A DNA stretch of 64,000 nt, from the NCBI RefSeq assembly GCF_009914755.1, contig NC_060939.1. One strand, 5' to 3'. Position numbers and translations under genes: made by a program. Source of the stretch: the human T2T-CHM13v2.0 reference genome, Homo sapiens. Positions 53,414 to 64,000 of the stretch are shown here, one piece after another. The notes under the pieces were generated by a model. That model was not told the origin of the DNA. It made no database searches and saw nothing but the letters and a program-made list of their open reading frames with translations. Numbering within the stretch: position 1 is the first letter of the stretch; every line of letters begins with the position of its first letter.

Positions 53414-54231
53414 ATGCCAATAAAAAGACATAGATATTCGTATTGAAATATTTTATAACAGAAAAATGTTGAGAGTAAACATGTGTATAGTATAGGGAAA
53501 TAGACATATTAATATAAAAGGAAGGAAAATATATAGCAGACATTTTCTAATCAGAAGAAAGCCACCATGGTATTATTACCATCCAGAAAAATAAACCATA
53601 CAGTAAAATGTATCATTAGGAATAAATACATTCAGTACATGAGGGTCAAGTATTCAACTCCTCAGAAATAGACAACAGTTTTTGTCTAAACCTAAGAACA
53701 TAATATCAACTATGCACAGTCAGAACTTCATGAAGAAATTGGTAAGTAAAGTGATCACATATTTGTCAAGTGTGTCAATATTTAACTGCAACAAATAATT
53801 AGAAAGTACATATTCTCATTCACTCATGGAACATTTATAAAAATGGGCTATGTGCCATAAATACAAGAAAATTTTCAATAAAGATATGCAGACGTTATCC
53901 AATTGTTCTTCAGTCGTAAGGCAATGCAATTAGAAATCAAAATAAAAAATAACAAAAAAGATTGTATGTTAATATTTTAAAATCCTCATAAGTCAGTCAA
54001 ATAACAATTTTTATTTGTAATCATAAGAAAACATTTGTATTAGTAATATATTGTTGCATAACAGGTCGCCCCCCTACTTAGTGATTTCAAAAACAATAAT
54101 CTTTGATGATCTCTCATTTGTGGGTGGGTCATGTACTTAGGAGCAGCTCAAATATATATTTCTGGTTTGGGAGCTCTCAGGAGGCTTCAGGCAGATGTCT
54201 GGGGTAACGGCCATGTAAAGACTTGAACTGG

Positions 54232-57542
<3,311 letters not shown>

Positions 57543-57749
57543 GACTTGAACTGGAGAACCTACTTCCAAGGCAGCTAACTCACATTTCTGGGAAGTAGGT
57601 TCTGAGAAGTCCATTCCTTCCCACACAACCTCCTGCCCCAGGGCTGCTTGAGTGTCCTCTCAGGGTGGTGGCTGACTTCTTCCAGAAATGAAGAGATGTA
57701 AGAGCCAGGGAGAGCCAGGCAGAAGTTACAGGTCCACTAGACAACCTAC

Positions 57750-62460
<4,711 letters not shown>

Positions 62461-62579
62461 AAGTCACAAAACTCTTATTTTAAGACTTACATGGCAAATT
62501 AAGTGGCCATGATTAAACAAGTCATATTTTTTCTATGTATGTATGTATTTATTTTTAAAATTGGTTAATTTATACATAT

Positions 62580-62923
62580 ATATTTTTAAATTTTACTTCA
62601 AGTTCTGGGATACACGTGCAGAATGTGCAGGTTTGTTACATAGGTATAGAAGTGTCATGGTGGTTTGCTGTGCCTATCAACCTGTCATCTAGGTTTTAAG
62701 CGCCGCATACATTAGGTATTTGTCCTAATGCTCTCCCTCCCCTTGCCCCCCACTTCCCTACAGGCCCCAGTGTGTGATGTTCCCCTCCCTGTGTCCATGT
62801 GTTCTCATTGTTTAACTCCCACTTATGAGTGAGAACATGCAGTGTTTGGTTTTCTGTTCCTGTGTTAGTTTGCTGAGAATGATGGCTTCTAGCTTCATCC
62901 ATGTCCCTGCAAAGGACATGAAC
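62580..62923 (-). mobile_element. L1PA 3' fragment
   Basis: 'aagttctgggatacacgtgcagaatgtgcaggtttgttacatagg' (L1PA 3'UTR). Confidence 0.9.
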
Positions 62924-62932
62924 TATATTTAC

Positions 62933-63226
62933 TTTTTTTTTTTTTTTTTTTTTTTGAGACGGAGTTTCACTCTTGTTGCCCAGGCTGGGCAATGGTGCAA
63001 TCTTAGCTCACCACAACCTCTGCCTCCTGCTTCAAGTGATTCTCCTCCTTCAGCCTCCCGAGTAGCTGGGATTACAGGTATGTGCCACCACGCCTGGCTA
63101 ATTTTTAGTAGAGACGAGGTTTCTCCATATTGGTCAGGCTGGTCTTGAACTCCCAGCCTCAGGTGATCCACCTGCCTTGGCCTCCCAAAGTGCTGGGATT
63201 ACAGGCGTGAGCTACCATGCCTGGCC
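62933..63226 (-). mobile_element. AluSp-like
   Basis: 'gagacggagtttcactcttgttgcccaggctg' preceded by poly(T). Confidence 0.92.
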
Positions 63227-63229
63227 TAT

Positions 63230-63604
63230 ATTTAATTTTAATTGACAAAAAAATTGTATGTTAAAGGTATACAAAATGATGTTTTGATATATGTGTACAA
63301 TGTAGAATGTTTAAATGGAGCTAATTAATATATGCGCCACCTCACATACTTATTATTGTCTTGTGATGAGAACTTTTAATATTTACTCCCTTAGTGATTT
63401 TTAAGTATACAATACATTGTTGTTAAGTACAGTCACCATGTTGTACAATAGAGCTCTTTCAGTCATTCCTCCTGTCTGGCTGAAAATTTGTGTCCTCTGA
63501 CCATTATCTCCCCATTTCCTCTTCTCCCTAGCCCGTGGAACCACCATTCTGAGCTCTACTCTTAGAAGGTTTTTAGATTTCATACGTATGTGAGATCACG
63601 TGAT
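63230..63604 (-). mobile_element. L1MA 3' fragment
   Basis: 'gtatacaatacattgttgttaagtacagtcaccatgttgtacaatagagctc'. Confidence 0.8.
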
Positions 63605-63770
63605 ATCTTCCTTCCTCCCTCCCTTCTTCCTTCCTTCCTCTCTTTCTCTCTTTTCTTTTCTTTCTTTCTTTCTCTTTCTTTCATCTCTCTTTCCTTCCTT
63701 TCTTCCTTCCTTCCTTTCTCTTTCATCTCTCCTTCCTTCCTTTCTTCCTTCCTTTCTCCCTCTTTCTTTC

Positions 63771-63812
<42 letters not shown>

Positions 63813-64000
63813 GTCTTCCTCCTTCCTTCCTTCCTTCCTTCTTTCAGACAAGGTCTCACTCTGTCATTCAGGCTGGAGTGCAGTAGCGTGATCATAGCTC
63901 ACTGCAGCCTTGAACTCCTGGGTTCAAGCGATCTTTCTGCCTCAGCACCCTCCAAGTAGCTGGGACCACAGGCTATATCACCATGCCTGACTAATTTTTT
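63605..64000 (-). mobile_element. AluJ-like (runs off the window) with tail expanded into a ~240-bp (CTTT/CCTT)n tract at 63605-63845
   Basis: Polypyrimidine tract directly followed by 'agacaaggtctcactctgtcattcaggctggagtgcag'. Confidence 0.88.

Overview
Human/great-ape genomic DNA (Alu, L1PA, MIR, MLT and Tigger repeats). It looks like a mosaic segmental-duplication block of the chromosome 15 GOLGA/UBE2Q2P type. From recall it best matches the LINC02249 (DKFZp434L187) region of 15q13 or a near-identical paralogue; this was not verified by alignment. No intact canonical protein-coding gene is present. Layout: (1) 1-~26 kb is a GC-rich, MIR-rich segment with a 2.4-kb compound GT VNTR and a CpG-island promoter with a minus-strand first exon (~22.6-24.1 kb). 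(2) ~26.8-30.6 kb is a CpG-island promoter plus two exons of a UBE2Q2 unprocessed pseudogene. These can splice in frame to a non-UBE2Q2 exon at 41695, giving a 132-aa ORF. (3) An AT-rich L1/LTR/Alu-rich region follows, holding a full-length processed HCN2 pseudogene (54232-57542) with a poly(A) tail and 15-bp TSD. Its channel core (S1-S6, GYG pore, C-linker, CNBD) is still one open 521-codon frame. Several short, locally templated duplications are scattered through the window. Repeat subfamily calls are by eye.
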